IMG/VR virus record: IMGVR_UViG_3300033516_000054
Location: 1 to 26,770 of that record
Length of the DNA: 26,770 nucleotides
Direction: 5' to 3' (one strand)
Source of the DNA: a virus
Taxonomy: Duplodnaviria > Caudoviricetes
Position 1 is the first letter of the stretch; every line of letters starts with the position of its first letter. Below, one piece after another: positions 15,361-24,879 of the stretch. The position numbers and the translations under genes are program-made. The notes under the pieces are model-generated. The model was not told the origin of the DNA, did not search any database, and saw only the letters and a program-made list of their open reading frames with translations.

Positions 15361-15882
15361 ATGGATGACTGGAAACAACTTCTTAAAACTGTGGCACCTG
15401 TCCTTGGGACTGCTCTTGGTGGCCCTCTTGGTGGTGCTGCTGCCTCTTTTATCGCTGGGAAGCTCGGCCTTGAAGCCAAGACTGTGGAGGCAGTCACTGA
15501 AGCCTTGAGCGGGAACAAGCTATCGCCAGAACAGATTAGCTCACTGAAGCTTGCTGAACTTGAGATGCAGAAGTTCCTTAAAGACCATGAAATTAAGCTG
15601 GAGCAGATTGCAGCCGCAGACCGTAGCGGGGCGCGGGAGATGCTGAAGGCGACCCGCAGCTATGTCCCTGCCACTCTCACATTCGGCATCACTATAGGCT
15701 ATTTCGTAGTTCTGTTGGGCATGATGACAAAGGCATTCACAGTCGCTGACTCCCAAGTGATGCTAATCATGCTGGGGCAACTTGGCACCGCTTGGGGTGT
15801 CACCATTGCTTTTTGGTTCGGCACTACCAGCGGCAGCAAGGACAAGACAGACATTCTTGCTAACTCGCAGCCAGCAAAATGA
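15361..15882 (+). CDS. Holin (3TM holin-like)
   Basis: Follows the endolysin; hydrophobic N-terminus APVLGTALGGPLGG, DR..AR motif, two C-terminal TM helices, FWFG..SGS..K. Confidence 0.7.
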   Translation: MDDWKQLLKTVAPVLGTALGGPLGGAAASFIAGKLGLEAKTVEAVTEALSGNKLSPEQISSLKLAELEMQKFLKDHEIKLEQIAAADRSGAREMLKATRSYVPATLTFGITIGYFVVLLGMMTKAFTVADSQVMLIMLGQLGTAWGVTIAFWFGTTSGSKDKTDILANSQPAK

Positions 15883-17663
15883 AACTCGACCTAAGCTCCT
15901 TCGCGGGCATTGCGCCCCGCCTAACCCCTGCGGCGTTACCCAACAACGCGGCCCAGATAGCATCGCAGGCTAGGCTTTACGCGGCGGCGCTGCAGCCCAT
16001 CAACTTCCCCAAGCTAGTGGCCGCGCAGGTGGTCACCGATGCGCTGAGTATTTACCAGCTCGGGCCCCAGTCAGGACAGAAGACCTTATCGTGGGCGACT
16101 GATGTGGATGTAGCGCCCAGCCCCGTGGGCGACAGCGAGTACAAGATTTACTACAGCGGCGACGGCCTGCCCAAGAAGACAAACTTGTCGATGGCGACTG
16201 GCGGCGGGACTATGCCCGCGAGCTGGTACTTCCTCTCTGTGGAGACCCCCGCCAACGCGCCCACACTGGCGGCGACAACCGGCTCGGTACCTACGGGTAC
16301 TTACGCTTACCTGTACACCTACGTGACCCAGTTCGGCGCTACGCTCACCGAAGAAAGCATGCCATCCGCAGCCGCCACGATTACGCTCGGTGCGCCGGGC
16401 GGGGTAACGATCACGAACCTGACAAACCCTCCGGGGACGACCAACCGGAACTACGTGTACAAGCGCATTTACCGGACTACAGGCTCGGCCTACCAGATGG
16501 TGGCGCAGATAAGCGCAGCGACTACAAGCTACACAGATACCCTGTCCGCCACGGCTATCGCCGGAGACTCCCTGATTACCGCCGGATGGCTCCCGCCGAA
16601 GGACGACCTCAAGGGCTTCATATCCATGCCCGGTGGGGTTATCGCGGCGTTCCGTAACAACGAGGTGTGGTTCTGCGAGCCGGGTTACCCCCATGCGTGG
16701 CCTCTGGCATATATGCAGACGGTGGATGCGCCTATCGTCGGGATCAAGGCAGTTACCAACATGCTGGTGGTTACCACCACAGGGGCGACCCACAGCGCGT
16801 CCGGTCTACACCCGTCCTCGTTCACGTTCAGTAAAGTCCCGGTGTGGGAGCCTTGCCTGAGCAAGCGGTCTATGGCTGCGGATGAGAGCGGGGTAACTTA
16901 CGCTGCACAGAACGGACTTGTCCGCATCGGCGGCTCCGGTATCGGGGTAGCTACCGCAGCGGTTCTTAGCCGACCAACATTCGCCCAGTACAACCCGTCT
17001 ACCATGCACGCGTGTATCTATGACGGCAGGTACTACGGGTTCTACACAACCAACGGGTACATCAGTGGGGCGCTGGTGTTTTCCCCGCAGGACGCAGACA
17101 AGCAGCTCAGTGTCGTCGGCACCACAGCCCGCTGCACCACCATAGACCAGTACACCGCCCGGATGCTGTACGTGGATGCTTCGGATAACTTTGTCTACGA
17201 ATATGACCCGCCGGACACCGCGCCGTACAGCTTTGAGTGGAAGTCCAAGAGGTTCCAGCTAGCGACAGCAGGGTCGTTTGGGTGTGTGCGGGTTACGTCA
17301 TCGGCTGTGTTTCTGGAGCCTAGCTACTTTGACGCAGTGCTTGCTAACACCAACGCACAGATAACGTCAGCGAATGCGTCTATCTTGGCGTCTGGCGCGG
17401 AGCAGGGCGCTGTGTCTGAGGATCAGGTCGGGCTGCTGGAGGTTAACGGCTCCACGCTCAAGTACCCGATATCGGGTGTGCTGCGTACCGTTGGTGTACG
17501 TGTGTGGGCTGATAACGTGCTGATTTACTCCGGTGCGGTCCCACCTAACGTCACGGCTCGCTTGCCGTCCGGGTTCCGTGCTAGGGACTGGGAGATCGCA
17601 GTTGGTGGTCAGATTGAGCTGACGCAGCTTGAAATGGCTACATCCCCGACGGAGCTTGCGTAA
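15879..17663 (+). CDS. Tail nozzle / tail tubular protein B-like (P22 gp10-like) protein
   Basis: 594 aa beta-rich; F.GIAPRL..LP.NAAQ.A N-terminus, VWFCEP..PHAWP, FEWKSK.F; precedes the internal virion genes. Confidence 0.75.
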   Translation: MKLDLSSFAGIAPRLTPAALPNNAAQIASQARLYAAALQPINFPKLVAAQVVTDALSIYQLGPQSGQKTLSWATDVDVAPSPVGDSEYKIYYSGDGLPKKTNLSMATGGGTMPASWYFLSVETPANAPTLAATTGSVPTGTYAYLYTYVTQFGATLTEESMPSAAATITLGAPGGVTITNLTNPPGTTNRNYVYKRIYRTTGSAYQMVAQISAATTSYTDTLSATAIAGDSLITAGWLPPKDDLKGFISMPGGVIAAFRNNEVWFCEPGYPHAWPLAYMQTVDAPIVGIKAVTNMLVVTTTGATHSASGLHPSSFTFSKVPVWEPCLSKRSMAADESGVTYAAQNGLVRIGGSGIGVATAAVLSRPTFAQYNPSTMHACIYDGRYYGFYTTNGYISGALVFSPQDADKQLSVVGTTARCTTIDQYTARMLYVDASDNFVYEYDPPDTAPYSFEWKSKRFQLATAGSFGCVRVTSSAVFLEPSYFDAVLANTNAQITSANASILASGAEQGAVSEDQVGLLEVNGSTLKYPISGVLRTVGVRVWADNVLIYSGAVPPNVTARLPSGFRARDWEIAVGGQIELTQLEMATSPTELA

Positions 17664-17848
17664 TGCCCCGCAAAGTCCCCAGTATCCCCCAAGGCAACGG
17701 CCCCGCTAGCGTGGACGCGATGGTGAAAGTCGTGCAGTACGTTACCGCGCAGGGGGCTCCGACTATCCAGCCACTGGCTACAACGGCCACAACGGCGCAG
17801 ATCATCGCCAAAATTAACGAGATTATTAACCGCCTTCAGTGCAGTTAG
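17663..17848 (+). CDS. Hypothetical virion-associated protein
   Basis: 61 aa; TAATG-coupled; ends ..AKINEIINRLQ. Confidence 0.65.
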   Translation: MPRKVPSIPQGNGPASVDAMVKVVQYVTAQGAPTIQPLATTATTAQIIAKINEIINRLQCS

Positions 17849-17857
17849 GAGATAATA

Positions 17858-17873
17858 TGCTAACACGTAAGCA
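17858..17873. promoter_or_regulatory. 16-bp palindromic motif copy 7 (TGCTAACACGTAAGCA)
   Basis: Full consensus match in the gap before the internal virion protein genes. Confidence 0.75.
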
Positions 17874-17882
17874 GGAGCTGTA

Positions 17883-18902
17883 ATGGCAACCCAGTCAACA
17901 CCAATGACAGCATATAGCTGGTTTCGCGCTAACCCTGACGCTAGTGATATTGCTATCCGCTCGGCGCAGAATCGGGGCGGTTGGTCTATGGACGACACAG
18001 CCAAAGCCATCGGCGAAGATGCCGCCCACTGGAGCGCCCGCTACCGCGCAGCCACTAGGTCTAACCTGTTCGGCAGCAAGATACACAATATTTTCGCGGG
18101 TGACGGCGTAGACGGTGACACGGTTGACGGGACCAGCATGCCACCCACAGCCACCGGTCTGGAGCCACCTAAAGCAGCGGCAGCACCTGCCGTTGACCCG
18201 TATGACCAGCAAAACTACCGTGGTGGCGGTGGCGGGCGGGACAGAGAAAGTACCGATAGGTACGGTTACACCCCCACTACTTCCCTTAGCGACCCGAGCG
18301 CTATTTCAATGCAAGGCAAGGTGTACGGTGCTCTTGACGGGTACGGGAACGCTTTAGGCGGATTGCTCCCGGGCGGCGTGGCTGCACGGTTTGTTTCCGA
18401 ACGCATGCTACCCTCCGCCACAGTAGCCGAAGCCGCAGCGGCACGTGATGAACTAGCAGCCCAGATTGCCAAGGACCCGACATTCGGTGGCGGCGGTTAC
18501 GACGGAGGTTACGGCCGTACATCCCCGACAGGCGCGGGCATTGCATCCAACCCTATGGGCCGTGACCCGGCGCAGTCCCAAGGACAAAGGTCGGACGGTA
18601 GCGATGGTCGAAGCGGCGGTGAAGGGGATAGTCCAAGCGGCGGTTCTGCGGAAGGTAAATCAGCGAGGGATGGCGGAGGCTTTGGCGGTACCGGCTCTGG
18701 TATGTACAAAGGCGGCGTCATCACTAAAAAGCACCAAGGTGGTCCAGACCCACGCGGACCAGACAACGGCTTCACAAAGACCCAACGTGGTGAGTACGTC
18801 ATCAAGAAATCCTCCGTAGGCGTGTTTGGCCGTGAGGTGCTGGACGCAATCAACGCTGGCGACAAGGCCAAGGTCTTGAAGCTTCTGGCTAAGAAAAGGT
18901 AG
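17883..18902 (+). CDS. Putative internal virion/ejection protein
   Basis: 339 aa Gly-rich; C-terminal KGGVI..GP.P.GPD....GEYVIKK..V..G..VLDAIN motif of the kind seen in ejection and tape-measure proteins. Confidence 0.6.
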   Translation: MATQSTPMTAYSWFRANPDASDIAIRSAQNRGGWSMDDTAKAIGEDAAHWSARYRAATRSNLFGSKIHNIFAGDGVDGDTVDGTSMPPTATGLEPPKAAAAPAVDPYDQQNYRGGGGGRDRESTDRYGYTPTTSLSDPSAISMQGKVYGALDGYGNALGGLLPGGVAARFVSERMLPSATVAEAAAARDELAAQIAKDPTFGGGGYDGGYGRTSPTGAGIASNPMGRDPAQSQGQRSDGSDGRSGGEGDSPSGGSAEGKSARDGGGFGGTGSGMYKGGVITKKHQGGPDPRGPDNGFTKTQRGEYVIKKSSVGVFGREVLDAINAGDKAKVLKLLAKKR

Positions 18903-18908
18903 AGCAGT

Positions 18909-20141
18909 ATGGCAACAACAGCAGAAATCAATGCCGCCTACCAGCGGGCTTTTGGGCGTGACGCCGATGCCGGTGGCGCAGCCTACTGGGGAGATAAGCT
19001 AGCGTCAGGTGCGCTGACAGCAGAGGGTTTAACAGCAGAACTCCGCAAAAACGCCGGAGCCGCCGACGCAGAAGCAGCAAAACAAACCGCCGCAGCCCGT
19101 GATGCCGCCGTTGCGGCTGGATACCGTACTGCTTTCGGGCGGGACGCTGAGAACACCGGCGCGGGCTATTGGGCCAACAAGCTGGACTCCGGCGCAGTAA
19201 ACACCTCAAATCTGAACGACACGCTGCGCAGCAACGCAGTTGGCTACGACATCACCGCCCGCGACGACGGAGCCCAGTACCCCACCGCATGGAGCATAGG
19301 GACCGACGCGAACAAGCCCTTGGTTTACGACGCGGAAAAAGATACTTGGAGCAACTTCGTAGCCAAGCTAGACCCCAATGCGTACGGAGAGGACGACCCT
19401 GCTACCCGTGCATGGTTACTCGGCAACGCCATCCGTAAAACCGATGCGGTCGGAGATGACTTTGTGAGTGTTGGGCGTGGTGGTATGGATGACTATGAGA
19501 AGTTGTTCCGCCCCGCGTATCAGAAAATGTCTGACTTGGTTGACAAGCTGGGCAGTGAGGACTACCGGGCGCAGCAGCGCTCGCAGGCTATGGAAGGCGC
19601 AGACGCCCAGTTCGGCATGCAGGATCAAGCCCTGCAGCGTAGGTTCCAAGGTATGGGCATCGGCTCCGGCGCACTGGCTGACGCTATGGCTGCACAGGCT
19701 TCGGCCCGGGCTATGGCTAAGGTGAACGCCGCGACGACCTCGGACAACAACCTGATGCAAGCCTACGGTAGTGGCCTGAACACCTTCGCCAACCTCGGAC
19801 TTAACGTGAACAAGACCGCAGGGGATAACCTGAACAGCGGTGTTAAAGCCTTCGGTCAGACGGTAGGTATGGCGAACGACTCTGCCAAGACGGAAGCCGG
19901 TGTACGGGCATCCGACGCCTCCGCAGCGGCTACTCTGGCTAACGCCAACACAGCAGACTACTCGGCCCGCCAGAACGCAGGCATTAGCTGGTTCAACGCT
20001 GACAGTAACCGCATCAACGCCAACAACGGGACGATCAGCGCCAACACAGGTGCCGCGCGACAAGCGGACGACTCAAACCCGATGAACACGATATTGGGTA
20101 TCGCTACAGCGGGCCTGAGTAAGAAGTTCCTAGGCTTTTAG
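18909..20141 (+). CDS. Putative internal virion/ejection protein with two N-terminal DUF4214-like repeats
   Basis: AYQRAFGRDADAGGAAYW and GYRTAFGRDAENTGAGYW; Ala/Gln/Asn-rich helical C-half ending in an amphipathic tail. Confidence 0.65.
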   Translation: MATTAEINAAYQRAFGRDADAGGAAYWGDKLASGALTAEGLTAELRKNAGAADAEAAKQTAAARDAAVAAGYRTAFGRDAENTGAGYWANKLDSGAVNTSNLNDTLRSNAVGYDITARDDGAQYPTAWSIGTDANKPLVYDAEKDTWSNFVAKLDPNAYGEDDPATRAWLLGNAIRKTDAVGDDFVSVGRGGMDDYEKLFRPAYQKMSDLVDKLGSEDYRAQQRSQAMEGADAQFGMQDQALQRRFQGMGIGSGALADAMAAQASARAMAKVNAATTSDNNLMQAYGSGLNTFANLGLNVNKTAGDNLNSGVKAFGQTVGMANDSAKTEAGVRASDASAAATLANANTADYSARQNAGISWFNADSNRINANNGTISANTGAARQADDSNPMNTILGIATAGLSKKFLGF

Positions 20142-20162
20142 CCACCGATAACGGAGACCACT

Positions 20163-21569
20163 ATGGGATTTAACGACGGATTTAACTCTGGCTTGCGCCT
20201 GATGGAGCAGATGGATGCTAGCGAGCAGCGCAAGATCGAGAACGCCCGCCAAGCCAAGCGGGACGCTGCTTGGGATACTGACAATGAGTACAAACTCCAG
20301 CAGCGCGGGGCCTTAGAAGGTTACCGTACGGAAGCTCAGAACGCGCAAGAGGCGGATGATTTTGAGTTTGGTGGCGTGCGCATCGCCATGCCCAAGGAAT
20401 ACGTTGAGGGTCGAGGGCTCCACCGCAAGCTGATAGGCGCGGCACCTGACCTGCAGACAATCAACAACGTCCAGCAGGGGCGTAGGAACCAGCAGTTTTT
20501 CCAAGAAGGCGCAGCGGTACGCAACTACCTGCTCAACGCTCCGCCGGAGGAATTCGACCGGCACGTCTCTGATTTAAGCGCGTCGGACAAAAACGGCTAC
20601 AAGTTCACCCGTGGTCGGGACGGTTCCGTGGTCGTTGAGCTTGACAAAGGTGCCCCGCTGTCTCTCACCCGTGACCAGATGGCCGACTGGGTATCGAGCC
20701 GCTACGTGTACAACAAGACCGGGGACAAGACCGCACTCGCGCGTATCGAGGCATTGGATGGTCGCTTGGCAGCTCTGAGTGAGCAGTCTTACAAACGCGC
20801 TACAGATGGCGCTAACCTTGACATTAAGAACCAAGAGCTTGGGATACGCCGGTCTGAGGCTGCGGCTAACTCCGATCTTCGCGGGGCGCAGGCCGACTAT
20901 TACAGAGGCGGCGGTAGGGGTGGGTCAGGTTCCTCATCGGGTTCCGGTTCAGTTACCGAGCGGCTTGATGCTAGAGAGCGGGAACAGGCGCTTGTTTTAG
21001 CAGCTAGGGAAGTTAGCGATGCTCGCAAGGAGCATTTGGAGTCTCTAAAAGACCCACAAAATACGGCGCTGGCTGCGTACACGACAAAGCGCATCAAAGA
21101 TGCTGAAACCCGAATGAAGGCAACTCAGTACCGAACTGGCAATATCCCACCGGATCAGGTGGTAGCGCAGGTGCTCAACTCATCGAAAACAAAAGAGGAG
21201 GTGTTCGCCGGGCTCAAAGACTTAGGTGCACTGGCTGGCAGCGACTACGCAGACGAAATAGCCAGCATGATTGGCAACCACGACGGATTCCGCGCCCTTC
21301 CACAAAGCTCTCGCGCACCAGCGGCGATGAGTCCAAAAACTAACCCGATCGCAGGGCGCGTTAACACTGCGGGCGGAGAAACAGAAACTCCGCAAGCGAC
21401 GGGACTCCGTACCCCATCCAACCAGCCTGTGTCCGGCGGGGCCGTCGGCAACGCAATACGCGCGGTTACTTCTCGCGGACTGGGCACAAAGTACATGTAC
21501 CGTGGGCAGGCGTACCCAACTAGGGAAGCCGCAGAATCCGCCAGAAACTCTATTAACGGAAAGAACTGA
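20163..21569 (+). CDS. Putative internal virion/ejection protein
   Basis: 468 aa helical; MGFNDGFNSG start; GGAG SD; synteny. Confidence 0.6.
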   Translation: MGFNDGFNSGLRLMEQMDASEQRKIENARQAKRDAAWDTDNEYKLQQRGALEGYRTEAQNAQEADDFEFGGVRIAMPKEYVEGRGLHRKLIGAAPDLQTINNVQQGRRNQQFFQEGAAVRNYLLNAPPEEFDRHVSDLSASDKNGYKFTRGRDGSVVVELDKGAPLSLTRDQMADWVSSRYVYNKTGDKTALARIEALDGRLAALSEQSYKRATDGANLDIKNQELGIRRSEAAANSDLRGAQADYYRGGGRGGSGSSSGSGSVTERLDAREREQALVLAAREVSDARKEHLESLKDPQNTALAAYTTKRIKDAETRMKATQYRTGNIPPDQVVAQVLNSSKTKEEVFAGLKDLGALAGSDYADEIASMIGNHDGFRALPQSSRAPAAMSPKTNPIAGRVNTAGGETETPQATGLRTPSNQPVSGGAVGNAIRAVTSRGLGTKYMYRGQAYPTREAAESARNSINGKN

Positions 21570-21570
21570 C

Positions 21571-24123
21571 ATGGGCTTTACTTCGCCGTTTGCCCGAAGT
21601 ATCGGTATCGCTGATGACGAGCCTGTAGCACCTCCCCTTGGAAAACGCGGGTGGATAGATGCGGCAGGTGATACCTTAGACGCTGCCGCCAGCGGAGTTG
21701 GTGGGCTAATTAAGTCCGGCGGCACGCTGTACGGACTCGCAACTGGCGACATGGATAACGCCGCCACCGAGCTTGGCGGCTCCGTGCAGGGTTACTGGCA
21801 AGACCGGTACAGCCCCCAGCTCAAGGCCAAGATCGCTGAACGTAGCGCAAAGATTGACGAGTCTGAGGGTATCCTAGGTAAAGCCGGAACGGCGTTGTGG
21901 GAGACAGTGCGTGACCCAGCCCTCCTCGGTGAAACCGCCGCGAGTAACGTAGCAACGTTATTGCCTGCGGGACTTGTTGGACGTGGTGCCGCTGCGGTAC
22001 GAACCGGCATGGGGATGCGCGCGGCAGGCGAAGCAGGGCTAGCCCCTGAAGCCGCGACAGCACTTGCAAGAAGCGCTGGCAAGTGGGGCACTGCGGCTGC
22101 GATAGGCACTGGTGGCGTACAACAGGGCGCGGAAGTCTCGCAATCTGCGTACGAAGGGGCAATGCAGCAGTCAGACGACGACTGGGCACAAAACCCCGAG
22201 TTCATTCAGACCCTGCGCCAGCGTGTAGCCCAAGGCGGTAATCTTGAATCGCTGATCCCCCAGACCAAGCACGAGTTTGCGCTGCAAGCTGCCCGGGCCA
22301 CGATGCCTGCGGCCACTGCAATATCCGTCGGCGCTAACCTGATACCCGGCGCTAACCTTCTGGAGAAGGCTTTGGTCGGAGCGCCAAGAGGGCTGGCTAA
22401 AGAAGGCGTCCGGTTCGGACTGGTCAGGTCCATTGGCAAAGGTATGGTTGGTGAGTCGGCCCAAGAGGCTATCGAGGAAGGTGGCGGTCAGTTTGCGGGC
22501 AACGTGGCTCGCATGGCCTACACCAACCCTAACCAAGACCTGAGTGAAGGCGTCGGTGAAAACGCCGGTATGGGTGCCGCCGGTGGCCTGTTATTTGGAG
22601 CGTTCGGCGGGGCAATGCAACGGGGTCGTCGCAGTGAGGCAAATAGCCAAGAGCAAGCTCCGACTATCGCCCCAGAGATCGAGCAAAACCAGACAGGCAA
22701 CTTGTTGGCCCCGCCCGCACCCAATAGTGACGGCTTTGACCATTCTCCGTACGAACCTCTGGTCGGCCCAAGAGCACCGGCACATCTCGGCTTGCAGATG
22801 CCGACGATGGGCACGAGCGACGAGAACTGGGTAAACACCGAGCAGCCCCGCGCACCAGACGCCTCGCTGAGCATGCAGTCGGTTCCCGGCACAGGCATTC
22901 AGCAAAACCTGTTCAACCAAGAGAACTCACCTGTAAGCCCAGCTCGGGAACAAGTGGACTTTGGTACCGCAGGCCCAAGCGTTGAGGCAATGCGGCAACC
23001 TCTCCCTCAAGGCGGGATGGGAAGCCAAGCTGTACGCGACGCCGTCACAGGGGATATGTTTGAGCAGAACCCCACCTCGATGGTGCGGACCATGTTCAAC
23101 CCAGAGGTGGAACCTTCCGACACGCAAGGTCGTAAAACACGCGGCGCTGTCGCTGGCGCAATCCGAAGCACCATCGCCCAGCAGATCGGAAAAGTTGACG
23201 CTTTCACAACAAAGTTGTCCTTGGATATTTCCGCTCTCCTCGGTGACACCGCTGCACTAAACAAGTATGTTGCGGACGAAAATGCCAAGCAGCAGAAGGA
23301 ACTTGAAAAGCTGGATCGCAAGGTCAGCATGGGTTCCGACATGCTTTCTCCAGAGGAGTACGCCACAAAACGTCAAGCCATTGAAGATCGCCAACTGGCA
23401 ATCATGGCGGCTGGCGAAGTCGTAGCTTCTCACAATCAGGCGATGACCAACGCGATGGCCCGCGAGGGCATCACCCGCGCCGCTCCGGGCCAGCAAGTTG
23501 CCAGCGCACAGCAGGGCAACGCCACTGAGCAGCAGATGCGCAGTGAGAACATGAACCGTCAAGCCGATGAGGTTTCAGGACGCTCAACTCCGAACGAGAT
23601 GGACCCCAATCTCGTGAAAGAGCGCGGCCCCGCTCCTCTACAACTGACCCGCTACACCCAAGCTGACTTGGATGAACGTGCGAACAAGCAGCGCTGGGCC
23701 AATGGACCTGCCGAGAAAGCCCAACCCGCCCAAGAAAAGAACCCTGCGCAGGGGGAGCTTTTCACAAAATCTGGCGCACCAGCCAGAAAGCGTTCAACAG
23801 GGACAACTAATGCTAACAAACAAGCCGCTGCTCCTACCGCTGCACCCGAAACCACAGCAAGTGCGCCCACCCAGCAAGCGGCCCCGGCTACCAAGAGCAA
23901 TGCGCCAGTGGGCGAGAAGCCAGCAAATGGGGCCACGGCGAGCAAGCCAGCTACTGCTCCTGCTAGAAGCGAGGCCAACAACGCTCCAGTAGCCGCCACA
24001 GCCACGCAACCAACTGAGGCAAAAGCCGAGCCATCACTGGAAGATGCCAAGAAGATCAAGAAGCTGACCGACGCAATTAAGCGCTACGAAAGTATTCTGG
24101 ACTGTTTGGCTATCAAACGCTAG
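21571..24123 (+). CDS. Large internal virion (DNA ejection) protein, putative
   Basis: Start reassigned to ATG 21571 just after the previous stop; Gly/Ala amphipathic N-half (ESAQEAIEEGGGQ..GAAGGLLFGAFGG), coiled coil, low-complexity Ala/Pro/Thr tail. Confidence 0.65.
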   Translation: MGFTSPFARSIGIADDEPVAPPLGKRGWIDAAGDTLDAAASGVGGLIKSGGTLYGLATGDMDNAATELGGSVQGYWQDRYSPQLKAKIAERSAKIDESEGILGKAGTALWETVRDPALLGETAASNVATLLPAGLVGRGAAAVRTGMGMRAAGEAGLAPEAATALARSAGKWGTAAAIGTGGVQQGAEVSQSAYEGAMQQSDDDWAQNPEFIQTLRQRVAQGGNLESLIPQTKHEFALQAARATMPAATAISVGANLIPGANLLEKALVGAPRGLAKEGVRFGLVRSIGKGMVGESAQEAIEEGGGQFAGNVARMAYTNPNQDLSEGVGENAGMGAAGGLLFGAFGGAMQRGRRSEANSQEQAPTIAPEIEQNQTGNLLAPPAPNSDGFDHSPYEPLVGPRAPAHLGLQMPTMGTSDENWVNTEQPRAPDASLSMQSVPGTGIQQNLFNQENSPVSPAREQVDFGTAGPSVEAMRQPLPQGGMGSQAVRDAVTGDMFEQNPTSMVRTMFNPEVEPSDTQGRKTRGAVAGAIRSTIAQQIGKVDAFTTKLSLDISALLGDTAALNKYVADENAKQQKELEKLDRKVSMGSDMLSPEEYATKRQAIEDRQLAIMAAGEVVASHNQAMTNAMAREGITRAAPGQQVASAQQGNATEQQMRSENMNRQADEVSGRSTPNEMDPNLVKERGPAPLQLTRYTQADLDERANKQRWANGPAEKAQPAQEKNPAQGELFTKSGAPARKRSTGTTNANKQAAAPTAAPETTASAPTQQAAPATKSNAPVGEKPANGATASKPATAPARSEANNAPVAATATQPTEAKAEPSLEDAKKIKKLTDAIKRYESILDCLAIKR

Positions 24124-24145
24124 AATGCCGTAAGCTCGTAAGACT

Positions 24146-24487
24146 ATGATCGACTATTCTGCACTCGCCAACGAACTAGACGACTTGCCCCAAGATGGGC
24201 CAACTGTCGGCGACATCGCCCGTGCGGATCAGACGACGGAGCTTATGCAAAAGCTGCTCGGCTCGATGGCATCCGCACCGCAGCCTGTAGCCGCCCAAGA
24301 CAACACCGCGCTCATCCAAGCCTTGCAGGACATGGTTAGCAAGATGCAGCCGCAGCAAGCTCCAGAGATCAACCTTCCCGCCCCGGTTGTAACTGTGCAG
24401 CCCGCACAGCGTGTCTTGGCGTGGACTTTTAACTTTGTCCGCAACCCGGACGGGACTATCAAAACCATCACGGCTACGGCCACTTAA
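24146..24487 (+). CDS. Hypothetical protein
   Basis: 113 aa; C-terminal WTFNFVRNPDGTIKTITA beta hairpin. Confidence 0.7.
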   Translation: MIDYSALANELDDLPQDGPTVGDIARADQTTELMQKLLGSMASAPQPVAAQDNTALIQALQDMVSKMQPQQAPEINLPAPVVTVQPAQRVLAWTFNFVRNPDGTIKTITATAT

Positions 24488-24817
24488 ATGACCGCATACA
24501 CGATCAATAGTGGGGCATTAACTTACTATGACGCACAAACTGCGCCAAGTGTTAATGCTACGTTGGACACCTATGCGATCAGCAACAACACCACATTTGT
24601 AGTCCGTACTGACACCTACGCTTGCGCGAACCATAGCATCGCTGGCGGCTCACTGGATACGATTAGCTGGTCTGGTACTGGCGGCACACTGCGCTTTGAC
24701 CCCACCTACGTGCGAGTGGTGGCCTACACAGGCGGCTCGGTCGTTGCTACAGCATTTGCCTTTTTGATGCTGCTGTCGTTCGGCATCGCATTGCTAATTC
24801 ACTTGGCTTTTGACTGA
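24488..24817 (+). pseudogene. Probable truncated or chimeric virion structural gene
   Basis: 84 aa Thr/Ser/Gly-rich beta sequence switches abruptly after YTGGS to a 25-aa hydrophobic tail. Confidence 0.45.
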
Positions 24818-24879
24818 TGGCAACCTACGCAAACATCAGCCTGACTTCCGCGCTTGAGCGCAACTACGCAAACACTTAA
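24817..24879 (+). CDS. 20-aa mini-ORF MATYANISLTSALERNYANT, possible gene remnant
   Basis: TGATG-coupled to the upstream ORF; ends at the SD of the next gene; contains the 11-bp direct repeat CTACGCAAACA. Confidence 0.35.
   Translation: MATYANISLTSALERNYANT

Noticed and set aside
2008-17873. Palindromic repeats as a CRISPR array or integron attC sites
   Set aside because: Copies are only 16 bp, hundreds to thousands of bp apart, and have no regular spacers. No cas or integron integrase gene is visible, and they lack attC R/L box structure.
2008-17873. The 16-bp palindromes as degenerate parS sites
   Set aside because: They share length and TG...CA ends but the inner sequence does not align with TGTTTCACGTGAAACA, so they are treated as a separate motif.
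21502-21570. ORF-track starts at 21502, 13319 and 13965
   Set aside because: These overlap upstream genes. Downstream ATGs (21571, 13340, 13992) fit stop-start coupling or SD placement better.
24122-24145. GCCGTAAGCTCGTAAGAC as another motif copy
   Set aside because: Only half-site similarity (CGTAAG twice); no palindromic left arm.
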